A DNA stretch of 64,000 nt, from positions 1,901 to 65,900 of the forward strand of contig CAZBWU010000003.1 of assembly GCA_964496095.1 (NCBI GenBank), written 5' to 3'. The notes below the pieces were generated by a model that was given only the letters and a program-made list of their open reading frames with translations, ran no database searches and was not told the DNA's origin. The DNA is from an uncultured Gammaproteobacteria bacterium (lineage in GTDB: Bacteria > Patescibacteriota > Patescibacteriia > Magasanikbacterales > GWA2-37-8). Each line of letters opens with the position of its first letter. Within the stretch, counting starts at the first letter, position 1. The translations under genes and the position numbers were made by a program. Of the stretch, positions 49,175 to 58,160 are shown in pieces.

Positions 49175-51271
49175 TTATTGTCCATTCATCAAAACAATTT
49201 CATCTCTTCCATCAAAATCCACATCAACCGCGCCAACCTTAAGAGCGCCAGTAGTAAAGCTACCCGACAGCTTAAATTGAGATAATAATTTACCCGCAAA
49301 ATTATATACTTTTACTTGCTTGCTCGTGCCGTAATCTAGCGCTACGATAATTTCTTTATTTTTGTCTCCGCTCACATCCCCAACCGCTACACCTAACTCC
49401 CCTCTTAATATTCTAGTATCTACAAAAAATCTTTTACTAATTTTTGATAAAGTACTATCAAAAATAACTACTTCCGGACGAGAATTTCCCCCTGTTCCCA
49501 AAATAATTTGGCCATTTTTGGCTATACCCGGTGAATTACTGTCTGCCACCGCTATATTTAATCCTAATTTAAACTTCTTACCCAGTGGAAATATTTTTTC
49601 TTTTATAACTCCACCATGATAATTATAAATAACAGCCTCACCGCCTTTATTCTCTGAAACCACAATCGAATCTGCAGGCTCTCCACCTAGTCTACCGATA
49701 GCAATATTAAGTTCTCCTTTGTAACTGCCGTCAAACGGAAAACCATCAAACCAAATTTCTCCGGCCGAATTAAAAATCTGTAATTTTTGCCCTGTAGCAA
49801 TAATTTTTTCTTCTAATCCATCGCCGTCCAAATCACCATAATATATTTTGGCTCCACCCAAGATACCTTCTTCATAGATAAACAAACCATTACGAGAACG
49901 CGTGCCGTTGGTATTAAAAAAACGCACAAAATTACCGTTTTTAAACACAACGTTCTTCAGGCTTTGCACTGGTCTTAACATTACCAAACCATCTTTAGAT
50001 TGGAGGTTTACCTGACTGACAATGGCGCCATCATTAACCGCTTTATCTTGCGTGCCTTTTATTTTTTCATAGTCCCCACCAAGATCAACATCTTGAGGTT
50101 GGCCTGTAGCATTGACTAAAGCAATCCCATTTTGATATTCACGACGCCAGACATCTTCTTCAAACTGAGGTTTGTTGTTGAGTGATATTGCCGAGCCTAA
50201 TGGATTACCAAGGTCAACACTATACTCATCATACCACCAAGTTTGACCATGATTTTGATCGCCAAAATCAAACGAATAATAACCGTCTAAAAGCAGAGTG
50301 CTAGCCAAACCAAAACGGACTTTTTTATAATTATTATTTTTGCCATTATTGCCAGTATTAACATTGATAATGGTAAATCGAGGCTGAATTTGACCCGTTT
50401 GATTAGAAGCATAAATTTTCATGGCTTGTTGCCAACCAAAAAATGATGGAAAGCTCTCAAGCATAATGCCATTTAAATCGTTCCTATAAGCATCACTGGT
50501 CGCATTACCCACCAAAATATATTTATTATTTGTTAACCGTCTAGTTTCTTGATAAATTTTGCGCATTCCTTGTTGCCAATGATAATCTATCTCCGTATCA
50601 AGCAAACCGTCTTTGTTCAAATCTACTGTATCTCCTGTCAGCCATTTTACTTCCTTCCAAGCATTGTCAAAAAAAACCCCATCCCACAATCCGGTAGACA
50701 AAACTTCTTGAGCTACAAAATTGGCAAAGTATTGATTATATTTTAGACCATTAACTACAGGCGCGTTATCGGCCAAATCTAACATCCAGGTACCTGGCCA
50801 AAAAGTAAGCTTATTATTATTAATATCGGTCAAATACGAATTCTCGCTAATACCACTAACAAACTTACGTCTCATAATACTAGTGCCGGAACTGGCATCC
50901 TTGCTAATTTCTTGTGGAGCAACATAAACCAATAAAATTATATTTGGATTAAGTTGTTTTATTCTTTTAATAGCCTCGGGACTAGTAATCTGCGTTTCCA
51001 TATCTAACACTAACAAATCCCATTGAGCGAGTTCAACTACTTTAGAAGCTGGTATATCCCAACCTAAAAAATAATTAGCCCGCTTGGGTGAACCTCGCAA
51101 AGCCAAGGATAAATTCGGAAATAACAAACCTATATAACCAAAAAATACTAAAACTAAAGCAACGGCTACCAAATAAGGCCGTTTTATTTTTGTTCTTTGC
51201 ACTTGCCTCCTCCTATGTACAGGCATACTTAAATTTGACTTTATTTTATCATAAAATAGTGCTATAATCAA
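49175..51271 (-). CDS. signal-anchored surface protein: TIM-barrel glycoside-hydrolase-like (GH114/GHL-like) domain + C-terminal FG-GAP/VCBS repeats
   Basis: N-terminal TM anchor, WDLLVLDME...GVFFDN motifs, and C-terminal repeats DGDGLEEKII, GDVSGDKNKEIIV, VDVDFDGRDEIVL. Confidence 0.5.
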   Translation of the reverse strand: MIIALFYDKIKSNLSMPVHRRRQVQRTKIKRPYLVAVALVLVFFGYIGLLFPNLSLALRGSPKRANYFLGWDIPASKVVELAQWDLLVLDMETQITSPEAIKRIKQLNPNIILLVYVAPQEISKDASSGTSIMRRKFVSGISENSYLTDINNNKLTFWPGTWMLDLADNAPVVNGLKYNQYFANFVAQEVLSTGLWDGVFFDNAWKEVKWLTGDTVDLNKDGLLDTEIDYHWQQGMRKIYQETRRLTNNKYILVGNATSDAYRNDLNGIMLESFPSFFGWQQAMKIYASNQTGQIQPRFTIINVNTGNNGKNNNYKKVRFGLASTLLLDGYYSFDFGDQNHGQTWWYDEYSVDLGNPLGSAISLNNKPQFEEDVWRREYQNGIALVNATGQPQDVDLGGDYEKIKGTQDKAVNDGAIVSQVNLQSKDGLVMLRPVQSLKNVVFKNGNFVRFFNTNGTRSRNGLFIYEEGILGGAKIYYGDLDGDGLEEKIIATGQKLQIFNSAGEIWFDGFPFDGSYKGELNIAIGRLGGEPADSIVVSENKGGEAVIYNYHGGVIKEKIFPLGKKFKLGLNIAVADSNSPGIAKNGQIILGTGGNSRPEVVIFDSTLSKISKRFFVDTRILRGELGVAVGDVSGDKNKEIIVALDYGTSKQVKVYNFAGKLLSQFKLSGSFTTGALKVGAVDVDFDGRDEIVLMNGQ

Positions 51272-51286
51272 GGAAAATTACCGTAC

Positions 51287-51412
51287 TGTCATTCTGAGTG
51301 TAGCGCCCGCCCGTACCGAACGAGTACGTTCGGGCGGGAAGAATCCCTGTCCAAATTTAATAATGACAAACGAACAGAGATCCCTCGGGGCGAACCCCGC
51401 TCGGGATGACAG
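51287..51412. mobile_element. MITE-like palindromic element, copy 10
   Basis: tgtcattctgagtgtagcgcccgcccgtaccgaacgagtacgttcgggcggg...gatccctcggggcgaaccccgctcgggatgaca. Its terminal ATGACA supplies the ATG called at 51406. Confidence 0.7.
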
Positions 51413-51423
51413 TTAAAAATCCT

Positions 51424-52800
51424 ATGAATTACCTCAAAAATTTTTCTCTTAGTGGCTTGACCGTGATTTTTTTGTCTATTTTTATAATTGGCAATGCCAA
51501 CACCGGTCTAGATGCGGTCTCTTTTCTACTTATCGCTTTTATTGTTTTACAAAAAATATTTGGAGAGTACTTTATTCTTATTCCTCTGGCGCTCCGCACT
51601 ATCCTGGACTATTGGCGAGATTATAATATTTTTTCATTTCATTTTTTTAACTTTAATATCAACGCCGCCCTCTCTTTATTTTTATTGATTTGGTCAATAA
51701 TATTTTTCATTAAAAATCATGAGTACTTCCGAAAAATTCCCTTAAATATAGTCTGGCCTGTGTTTATAGCTTGGTGCGCACTCTCATCTATTTATACCTA
51801 TAATATCTCATCAACATTTATTGAAACCTTAAAACTAACTAATTTGTTTAGCTTGTTTGGCATCTGCTATATTATGTCAGAAAAAGACGGAGGTAAATTC
51901 AAAAATACTTTTCTGAAATCCATGACAATAACTGCGGCCGTTCCAATCTCTGTTGCCACCTACCAGCTCATTACCAGAACTGGTATGACTATAGAAGAAA
52001 TCTCAAACCGAATATATGGCACTTTTACACACCCAAACGTCTTGGCCGCATTTGCCTTAGTAATGTTAATTGTTTTAGTTAACGAATTTTTAAAGACCAA
52101 AAAAGAAAATCGAAAGAAACTTAATCTGCTAAAATTCTTTAGCGTAATTCTTCTTCTAGTAATAGCCTTTACCTACACCCGCATCGCTTGGATTGGCACC
52201 GCCTTTTTGTTTATAGTGCTTGGCTTGGTCTATTACAGAAAAATTCTTCTATATACGCTAGGCGCCATTGTATTATTTTTTACTCTATTCTACCCTATCA
52301 ATAAATATCTAACCTCGCATTATAGCCTAAACTTACAAACAAATAGTCTGATAGCTCGCCTCACATCTCGCAACCCAGATTCTGATTCAGTCAGCTGGAG
52401 AACCGGGATTATTATGAAAACACTGCCGTTAATCAGAAAAAAATATTTAGCAGGCTATGGCTATGGCACTTTCCCTCGGGTGTGGGATGATAACAAAGAT
52501 CTGCAAAATATTTGGGACAATACTTCCGAAGCCCACAATGACTATATAAGAATCGCGCTTGAGTCAGGTATTGTTGGTTTGATTTTATTCCTTACTATCT
52601 TTACTAGTCTGCTATATAAACAGATAGGCATTACTTTCAAAACTCATTTTAAAAATATTGTTTTTCTCACTAGTATTTTTATCTACCTCATTTTAAGCCT
52701 CTCAGATAATATGCTTCATCATACGCCGGTAATCTGGTGGCTTTGGGCGGTATGGGGAGTTTGGATGCATGAAACAAAAATAGTTAACGCTAATTCTTAG
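51424..52800 (+). CDS. O-antigen ligase/polymerase-like (Wzy_C) membrane protein
   Basis: ~12 TM helices and the periplasmic-loop motif AHNDYIRIALESGIVGL. Start moved from 51406, which is inside the MITE, to the next Met (MNYLKNF). Confidence 0.65.
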   Translation: MNYLKNFSLSGLTVIFLSIFIIGNANTGLDAVSFLLIAFIVLQKIFGEYFILIPLALRTILDYWRDYNIFSFHFFNFNINAALSLFLLIWSIIFFIKNHEYFRKIPLNIVWPVFIAWCALSSIYTYNISSTFIETLKLTNLFSLFGICYIMSEKDGGKFKNTFLKSMTITAAVPISVATYQLITRTGMTIEEISNRIYGTFTHPNVLAAFALVMLIVLVNEFLKTKKENRKKLNLLKFFSVILLLVIAFTYTRIAWIGTAFLFIVLGLVYYRKILLYTLGAIVLFFTLFYPINKYLTSHYSLNLQTNSLIARLTSRNPDSDSVSWRTGIIMKTLPLIRKKYLAGYGYGTFPRVWDDNKDLQNIWDNTSEAHNDYIRIALESGIVGLILFLTIFTSLLYKQIGITFKTHFKNIVFLTSIFIYLILSLSDNMLHHTPVIWWLWAVWGVWMHETKIVNANS

Positions 52801-53220
52801 AATCCGCCAGAGGCGGATTGTTAGCCAGATGGATTCAAACTTCACCACTTTCAGTGGTTCTTTTTCATCTCATCGCTAACAACAAAAAAACCATCCAGAG
52901 AGAGTCACCTAAATAACTAATCGAAATTATTTATTCAGGCGATCGGATGGTGATTTTGCAAGACAGATAAATCTGTCTATTTTTATTTACTAACTTGTTT
53001 GCCCACTCCTTATTAAGGAGGGGGGGAGGTCTTATCTATAACCCCTCCTGCGCCTCCCCTTCTTAAAGGGAGGACAACTAGTAAATACAAATAGCTAGAT
53101 TTGAATTGTAGATTTGAAAGAGCGGTAAAGCCGAGGAGGAAGCGCGTAGGGTGACCAGGCTAACGCGTGTCGCGCAGCCCGGCAATAGCCAGGCGACATC
53201 CTCCTGTTTGGGAGTGGCGG

Positions 53221-54000
53221 TTAGCCGCCCCCGACCTTCACGACCACACTGGCCCGGTAGGGCCCGCACGCGATCGTGTAGGTGTAGGTGCCGGGGTTAC
53301 CATTCCCGGCCAGAAATATACTGCTACGGCCGGTGCCTGGCCGATCGATGGCGGGCCAATCACCATCGCCACTGGAGTCGCAGGCTGCTGCCAATGACTC
53401 CCAGTCGAGGTAAATTCTGTCGCCAGCCGCGACAGAATACCACCCACCGGTGTTCCAGGTGGCGGGCGTGGGCACGCCGGCGATGTTGACAAGGACATCA
53501 AAGCGCATCGCGTAGGCCACCAGGGCCTTCGCGTCGCTCATGTCCTCATCCTCGCACACCAGACCGTAGATCGTCTCGCCGAATGGCAGGACGACCTCAG
53601 TCTGCCCAGTCGTCGGCGGCAGGTCCTGGGCCACCCAGTCCCCGCTAACCTGCGCCACGCCGTTGATGGCGGTCGCCCGTTCGCAGGTAGTGGACGAGAT
53701 GGCACTTACCACCTCGTAGCCGAGGACCACCGGCTCCCCAACACGGAGGTTCCGCACCTCCTGCGGGGCCGCCAGCTCCGCGGCCGTGAGGCTCACGGAG
53801 AGAACAGGCCTCGGCGGCAGCGGCAGGCCGATCTCCTGGTTGCCCAGGAACCCCACTGCGGCCGCCGGCGGCTTGCCCGGAGGCTGGTCATCGCCACCCC
53901 CGCCAGCGGGGGTGAAGCCGCACCCCTCGAGAAGGAGTGCGAGCGCGAAGACGAGCGCGCAGAGCGCGCACACCAAGAGGCATTTACGGATGTCCCACAT
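53221..54000 (-). CDS. GC-rich island gene 4: secreted lipoprotein
   Basis: MWDIRKCLLVCALCALVFALALLLEGCG has a lipobox, and AGGGGG lies 8 nt upstream. GC content ~68%. Confidence 0.55.
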   Translation of the reverse strand: MWDIRKCLLVCALCALVFALALLLEGCGFTPAGGGGDDQPPGKPPAAAVGFLGNQEIGLPLPPRPVLSVSLTAAELAAPQEVRNLRVGEPVVLGYEVVSAISSTTCERATAINGVAQVSGDWVAQDLPPTTGQTEVVLPFGETIYGLVCEDEDMSDAKALVAYAMRFDVLVNIAGVPTPATWNTGGWYSVAAGDRIYLDWESLAAACDSSGDGDWPAIDRPGTGRSSIFLAGNGNPGTYTYTIACGPYRASVVVKVGGG

Positions 54001-54457
54001 GATGGACACCCCCTTTCCGGCCCAAGCGGGCCATTACCCAACGGGCCCAGAAAATGTCAAAGTACCGAACGACACAGCATGTGTCGCCCTTCATTGAGTT
54101 TAGAAAATCAATTCTAAACTCTAGAAGAACAACATTTTTTTAAAATGCTATACATTTAGTATAGCATTTTAGTTTTTTTCTGACTATTTATAATCTTTTA
54201 GAACCTATCATTCCCCTACCTAGTAGGAAAATAAATTAGTTTTAAACTTTAAACCTTGCTTCCGACGAGGTGTGTGTTACCACAACACCTCGTCGTCCTC
54301 ACCTAGACCTGGCCGTGGCGCTCGAAACTCGAGCGGCCAGATTGGCCATGCGATGGTCCAGAGTGAGATTTTGGGCAGCTTGTTAAAGCCACCACTTCCC
54401 TGGGGGTAAAACCCCTCCTCCGATTAGGGCAGGTCGGATGAGGCTCGAGGCGCGCTA

Positions 54458-55129
54458 CTACGGCAGGGTGTGCCGGTTGCGCCCGTCGATGTTGCAGCCG
54501 AAGCCACCCTCCCCACCGGCCAGCCAGTAGGCCGGTTGGGTCGCCGGCTGGCCCGGCCACGACAGGTTGCAGGTGCAGCCCTGCGGGAGGTGGGCCAGCC
54601 ACCACGCCGGACCCTTGGTGAAGTCCTCCCAGCGGAGGACCCACAGGATCGTGACCGACGTGGCCGTCGTCGGCGCGACGCGGTTGCCGCTGCCGTTGGC
54701 CGCGAGGGGCACCGGGTCGCCGACCGGCGTGGCCGCCGGGGCGGCGTACCACTGGACGCCCGTGGTGATCCGCTCGAGATCCGTGCTGGCCGCGCACGTG
54801 ATCGACCAGGGCTGGCCGGTCGGGCTGCAGACGTTCGGGCTGGCCGTGTTGCAGGACCAGCCGGTCTCGACCGTGCAGGTCGAGCTGCAGCCGTCGCCGT
54901 TGGCGAGGTTGCCCTGGTCGCACTGCTCGGCGCCGGCCTTGATGCCGTCGCCGCAGATGGCGGCGGACGGGGCGTCCGGGGGCGTCACCGCACCGTCGAT
55001 CGGGGGCGGGTTGGCGGCGTCGACCTCGTCACCGCCGGAGGGGTTCTCGCCCTCCATGGTGCAACCGACGCCGATGACCGCCGTGATGCCGATGATGGAC
55101 GCGCACAGGAACTTGCTGAACTTGAACAT
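54458..55129 (-). CDS. GC-rich island gene 1: secreted Cys-rich protein with Myxococcales-type Cys repeat
   Basis: GGAGG SD 5 nt upstream, signal peptide MFKFSKFLCASIIGITAVIGVGC, and the repeat ICGDGIKAGAEQCDQGNLANGDGCSSTC. Confidence 0.6.
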   Translation of the reverse strand: MFKFSKFLCASIIGITAVIGVGCTMEGENPSGGDEVDAANPPPIDGAVTPPDAPSAAICGDGIKAGAEQCDQGNLANGDGCSSTCTVETGWSCNTASPNVCSPTGQPWSITCAASTDLERITTGVQWYAAPAATPVGDPVPLAANGSGNRVAPTTATSVTILWVLRWEDFTKGPAWWLAHLPQGCTCNLSWPGQPATQPAYWLAGGEGGFGCNIDGRNRHTLP

Positions 55130-55626
55130 GAGAACCTCCGCTTGAGAATGCGTCCACCGCCGGAATGGCGACAGACATTGGGAAACGTTGGGTGCCGAAC
55201 AACTTGGTTTGATTCCTTGCATCTCCAATACGATAGGAGATGAGGATTCTTACCTTGTTCTCGACATTTCAATATCCCTTATTAAATAAAGAATGGTTTT
55301 AATTCTTTGCTTAATGCGGGATATTGATCCGGGTGGTTCTTCTTTTTTGATTGGTTTGATTTGTAAAGAGCTGATTTCCATCTCTATCATTCCCCTATCA
55401 TATAAGGAAATGATTCGATGTGGCCAGGTGCGTGAGCAGAGCTGGCCGTCGATCCGAACGAGGGCCTCCTAGATCCTCGTCGGGGTGATGGCGACTGCAG
55501 TGGCTCCGGATGGAGCCAACGAACAGCACGCACAGGATGTGCAGGTTGACGACGCGGGCGACGCGCGTCGTCGCTCCGACCGGTTGCACTTCCGGTCGGA
55601 GGGGGGTGGGGTCAGAGCGCGACGCG
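55130..55626. repeat. island upstream module copy A (leader + promoter + terminator block)
   Basis: 55257-55626 is ~100% identical (one 1-nt indel) to 56586-56962. 55111-55270 is identical to 57496-57670 apart from 1 nt. Confidence 0.9.
55214..55246 (-). promoter_or_regulatory. conserved 5'-leader hairpin (catctcc...ggagatg) ~85 nt upstream of the start codon
   Basis: Retained in all three leader copies (55214-55246, 56553-56585, 57609-57641) even in the diverged copy B. Confidence 0.5.
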
Positions 55627-56460
55627 GACACCGCCGAAGCCGGCACCGACGATGCTCTTGTCGAGCGGCGCCATCTCCGGCGCGTCGTAGGTCTGCCGGA
55701 GCACGTCGCCCCGCAGGAACACCTCGACACCGAGCTTCTTCGACTCGACCTGGTAGACCGCCTCGAAGGCCGCGCCGTAGAAGCGGAGGGTCGGGGTGTC
55801 CAGCATGTTCCCGAGGTGGATGCGCTGGGTGATCGTGGCGCCGCCGGCGAGCATGATGTGCTCGCTGACGTAACCGTGGATCATCGCATCCGCCCCGTAC
55901 ATGCCCTTCCCCTCGTCGCCGGCGGCGCCACCCTCGTTGATGCCGAGGCGGCCGGTCAGCCGCATCCGACCGTCGAGGAAGGTACCGGAGAAACCGACGA
56001 AGCCGACCGGTCCGGCCTCGCCCATGTACCCGCCCAGGAGCCCGATGTGCAACCGGCCGGGCTTCGTCTGCCGGGTGGCGAGGCGCGCGAGCGCCTCGGC
56101 CTGCGCCTTCTGCGCGGCCGCCAGCTCGTCGAGACGGGCCTTGTCGGCCTGCTGGGCCGCGAGCGCGTCGGCCTGCTGCTTGGCGAGCTCGTCGAGCCGC
56201 TTCTGCTGGTCGCTGCCCTCCATCTCGATGCCCTCGTCGCCGGGGGCCGTGGTGAAGTGGGTGCACGCACCCACTTCGACTTCGACGGTCTTGGTGACGA
56301 GCGGGCCGCCCTCGATGGTCTTCATGCCGTCGGGGCAGGGCTGCGTCGTGACGATGACCTTGTGGTTGTCATCCTCCGCCGCCGCCGGCTTGACGCCGAT
56401 GACGGTGAGGCTGGCGACCGCGACGATGGACGCGCACAGGAACTTGCTGAACTTGAACAT
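55612..56460 (-). CDS. GC-rich island gene 2: secreted protein with coiled-coil and beta-rich C-terminal domain
   Basis: GAGGAG SD, signal peptide MFKFSKFLCASIVAVASLTVIGV...AAA, an Ala/Gln-rich coiled coil, and an alternating-hydrophobic C-terminal half. Confidence 0.55.
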   Translation of the reverse strand: MFKFSKFLCASIVAVASLTVIGVKPAAAEDDNHKVIVTTQPCPDGMKTIEGGPLVTKTVEVEVGACTHFTTAPGDEGIEMEGSDQQKRLDELAKQQADALAAQQADKARLDELAAAQKAQAEALARLATRQTKPGRLHIGLLGGYMGEAGPVGFVGFSGTFLDGRMRLTGRLGINEGGAAGDEGKGMYGADAMIHGYVSEHIMLAGGATITQRIHLGNMLDTPTLRFYGAAFEAVYQVESKKLGVEVFLRGDVLRQTYDAPEMAPLDKSIVGAGFGGVRVAL

Positions 56461-56962
56461 GACGTAGCTCCTCATGAGAGAGTGGTGCGTCCATCGCCGG
56501 AATGGCGGACGGACATTGGGAACCATTCGGGTATCGAACAACTCAGTTTGATTCCTTGCATCTCCACTACGATAGGAGATGAGGAGTCATTCTTTGTTCT
56601 CGACATTTTCAATATCCCTTATTAAATAAAGAATGGTTTTAATTCTTTGCTTAATGCGGGATATTGATCCGGGTGGTTCTTCTTTTTTGATTGGTTTGAT
56701 TTGTAAAGAGCTGATTTCCATCTCTATCATTCCCCTATCATATAAGGAAATGATTCGATGTGGCCAGGTGCGTGAGCAGAGCTGGCCGTCGATCCGAACG
56801 AGGGCCTCCTAGATCCTCGTCGGGGTGATGGCGACTGCAGTGGCTCCGGATGGAGCCAACGAACAGCACGCACAGGATGTGCAGGTTGACGACGCGGGCG
56901 ACGCGCGTCGTCGCTCCGACCGGTTGCACTTCCGGTCGGAGGGGGGTGGGGTCAGAGCGCGA
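56461..56962. repeat. island upstream module copy B
   Basis: See copy A. The leader part (56461-56588) has diverged by ~20%, while the 370-bp promoter/terminator block is identical. Confidence 0.9.
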
Positions 56963-56963
56963 C

Positions 56964-57524
56964 CTACTTGGTGATCGAGACGACGGTCGCCGCCTTGCTG
57001 CCGAGGTTGCGGGCACGCCGCAGGTTGTTGAACTGCGCCTGGAGGCGCAACATGTCCGCCGCGAAGCGGCGGATGAACCACCCCTGCATGTGATCGCGGT
57101 TCTGGGCGTGCTTGGCCATGGCGACGGGGTCCGGCGTCGCGCAGTCCGCGCTGCAGCCGTCGCCGTCCTGCGTCACGCAGACCGCGTCGTCGCCGGGGCA
57201 CTCGCTGTCCCGGGTGCAGAACGCACCCTTCTGGGGTCCGCTGTCGCAGTGACGACCGTTGTCGCACGCCTCGCCGTCCTCGACGACGTCGTTGCCGCAG
57301 ACGGCGTCCCACGACATGTTGATGGTGGCGGTGACCCAGCTGCAGTCCGCGCTGCAGCTATCGCCGTCGACCTTGTTGCCGTCGTCGCACATCTCGTCGC
57401 CGGCGGCGGTGCCGTCGCCGCAGACGACGGGCGGATCCTCCGCCGACGCCGACTTGACGCCGACGGTGGCGACCACGAGCCCGAGGATGATGGACGCGAA
57501 CGTGAGCTTGCTGAACTTGCACAT
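56964..57524 (-). CDS. GC-rich island gene 3: secreted Cys-rich protein with Myxococcales-type Cys repeats
   Basis: GGAGG SD, signal peptide MCKFSKLTFASIILGLVVATVGV, and repeats VCGDGTAAGDEMCDDGNKVDGDSCSADC and VCGNDVVEDGEACDNGRHC. Confidence 0.6.
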   Translation of the reverse strand: MCKFSKLTFASIILGLVVATVGVKSASAEDPPVVCGDGTAAGDEMCDDGNKVDGDSCSADCSWVTATINMSWDAVCGNDVVEDGEACDNGRHCDSGPQKGAFCTRDSECPGDDAVCVTQDGDGCSADCATPDPVAMAKHAQNRDHMQGWFIRRFAADMLRLQAQFNNLRRARNLGSKAATVVSITK

Positions 57525-57740
57525 GAGAACCTCCGCTTGAGAATGCGTCCACCGCCGGAATGGCGACAGACATTGGGAAACGTTGGGTGCCGAACAACTT
57601 GGTTTGATTCCTTGCATCTCCAATACGATAGGAGATGAGGATTCTTACCTTGTTCTCGACATTTCAATATCCCTTATTAAATAAAGAATGGTTTTAATTC
57701 TTTGCTTAATGCGGGATATTGATCCGGGTGGTTTCGCTGT
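57525..57740. repeat. island upstream module copy C (leader identical to A; promoter part truncated/diverged beyond 57740)
   Basis: Matches the A leader and the first ~85 nt of the AT-rich promoter block. Confidence 0.85.
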
Positions 57741-58102
57741 TTGGTTTGGTTGGGTTGTATGGTTTCACATACAAACTCATTCGCTCGACAATACTTTGCT
57801 TGCAAAGTATTGTTCTCGCTCATTTCGATTGTAAAGAGCTTATGCCTACTATTCTTGTTTGAACTACCAATTGCATATATAACTCAATTGATAATTCCAT
57901 TTAAAAACAGTAAAACCTCTACTTTGTGAGAGAGGCTACATATATAGACTATTTACCTGCTTTGTTGATGGCCTAGACAATACTCTCTCACGATATTGCG
58001 TTGGCCGTTAAAAAATCAACAATAGAATACTATACCACAAACTGGAGATATTGTCAAGAGTTCAATGAAAGTATAGCGGAATAATCTGTATTTTTTGGCT
58101 AA

Positions 58103-58136
58103 CTATAAACAAAAATGCCCTAGTATTAGGGCATTT
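58103..58136 (-). terminator. rho-independent terminator of the giant gene
   Basis: Perfect stem aaatgcccta-gtat-tagggcattt followed on the minus strand by TTGTTTAT. Confidence 0.55.
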
Positions 58137-58160
58137 ACTATCCAGAAAACTTTTTTATTC

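Noticed and set aside
51406-51423. ATG at 51406 as start of the O-antigen-ligase-like gene
   Set aside because: This ATG is the ATGACA terminus of MITE copy 10. The next Met (51424) precedes the first TM helix.
52990-53100. G/C-run hairpins (ggaggggggg...cccctcc, cctccc...gggagg) considered as a tRNA or island attachment site
   Set aside because: They do not fold into a cloverleaf. Their position downstream of island gene 4 on the minus strand fits terminator hairpins, and no direct-repeat partner was found at the other island end.
54303-54923. Minus-strand ORFs 54303-54923 and 55469-56266 (Arg/Pro/Gly-rich)
   Set aside because: Out-of-frame overlaps of island genes 1 and 2, with a poly-R/G/P composition typical of spurious high-GC frames.
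55398-55730. 110-aa ORF inside repeat module A and its twin at 56738-57016
   Set aside because: Lies wholly within the duplicated promoter/terminator module, runs from GC-rich hairpins into an AT-rich promoter, and has no SD. More likely non-coding.
55510-56625. 371-aa plus-strand ORF (MEPTNSTHRMCRLTTRATRVV...) and similar long plus-strand ORFs at 54470-55243, 54567-55145, 55901-56467 and 56850-57638
   Set aside because: Arg/Leu/Gly/Asp-rich, low-complexity translations typical of antisense frames in high-GC DNA. They have no SD or signal peptide and span the duplicated non-coding modules. The minus-strand genes, with SD, signal peptides and Cys repeats, explain the region.
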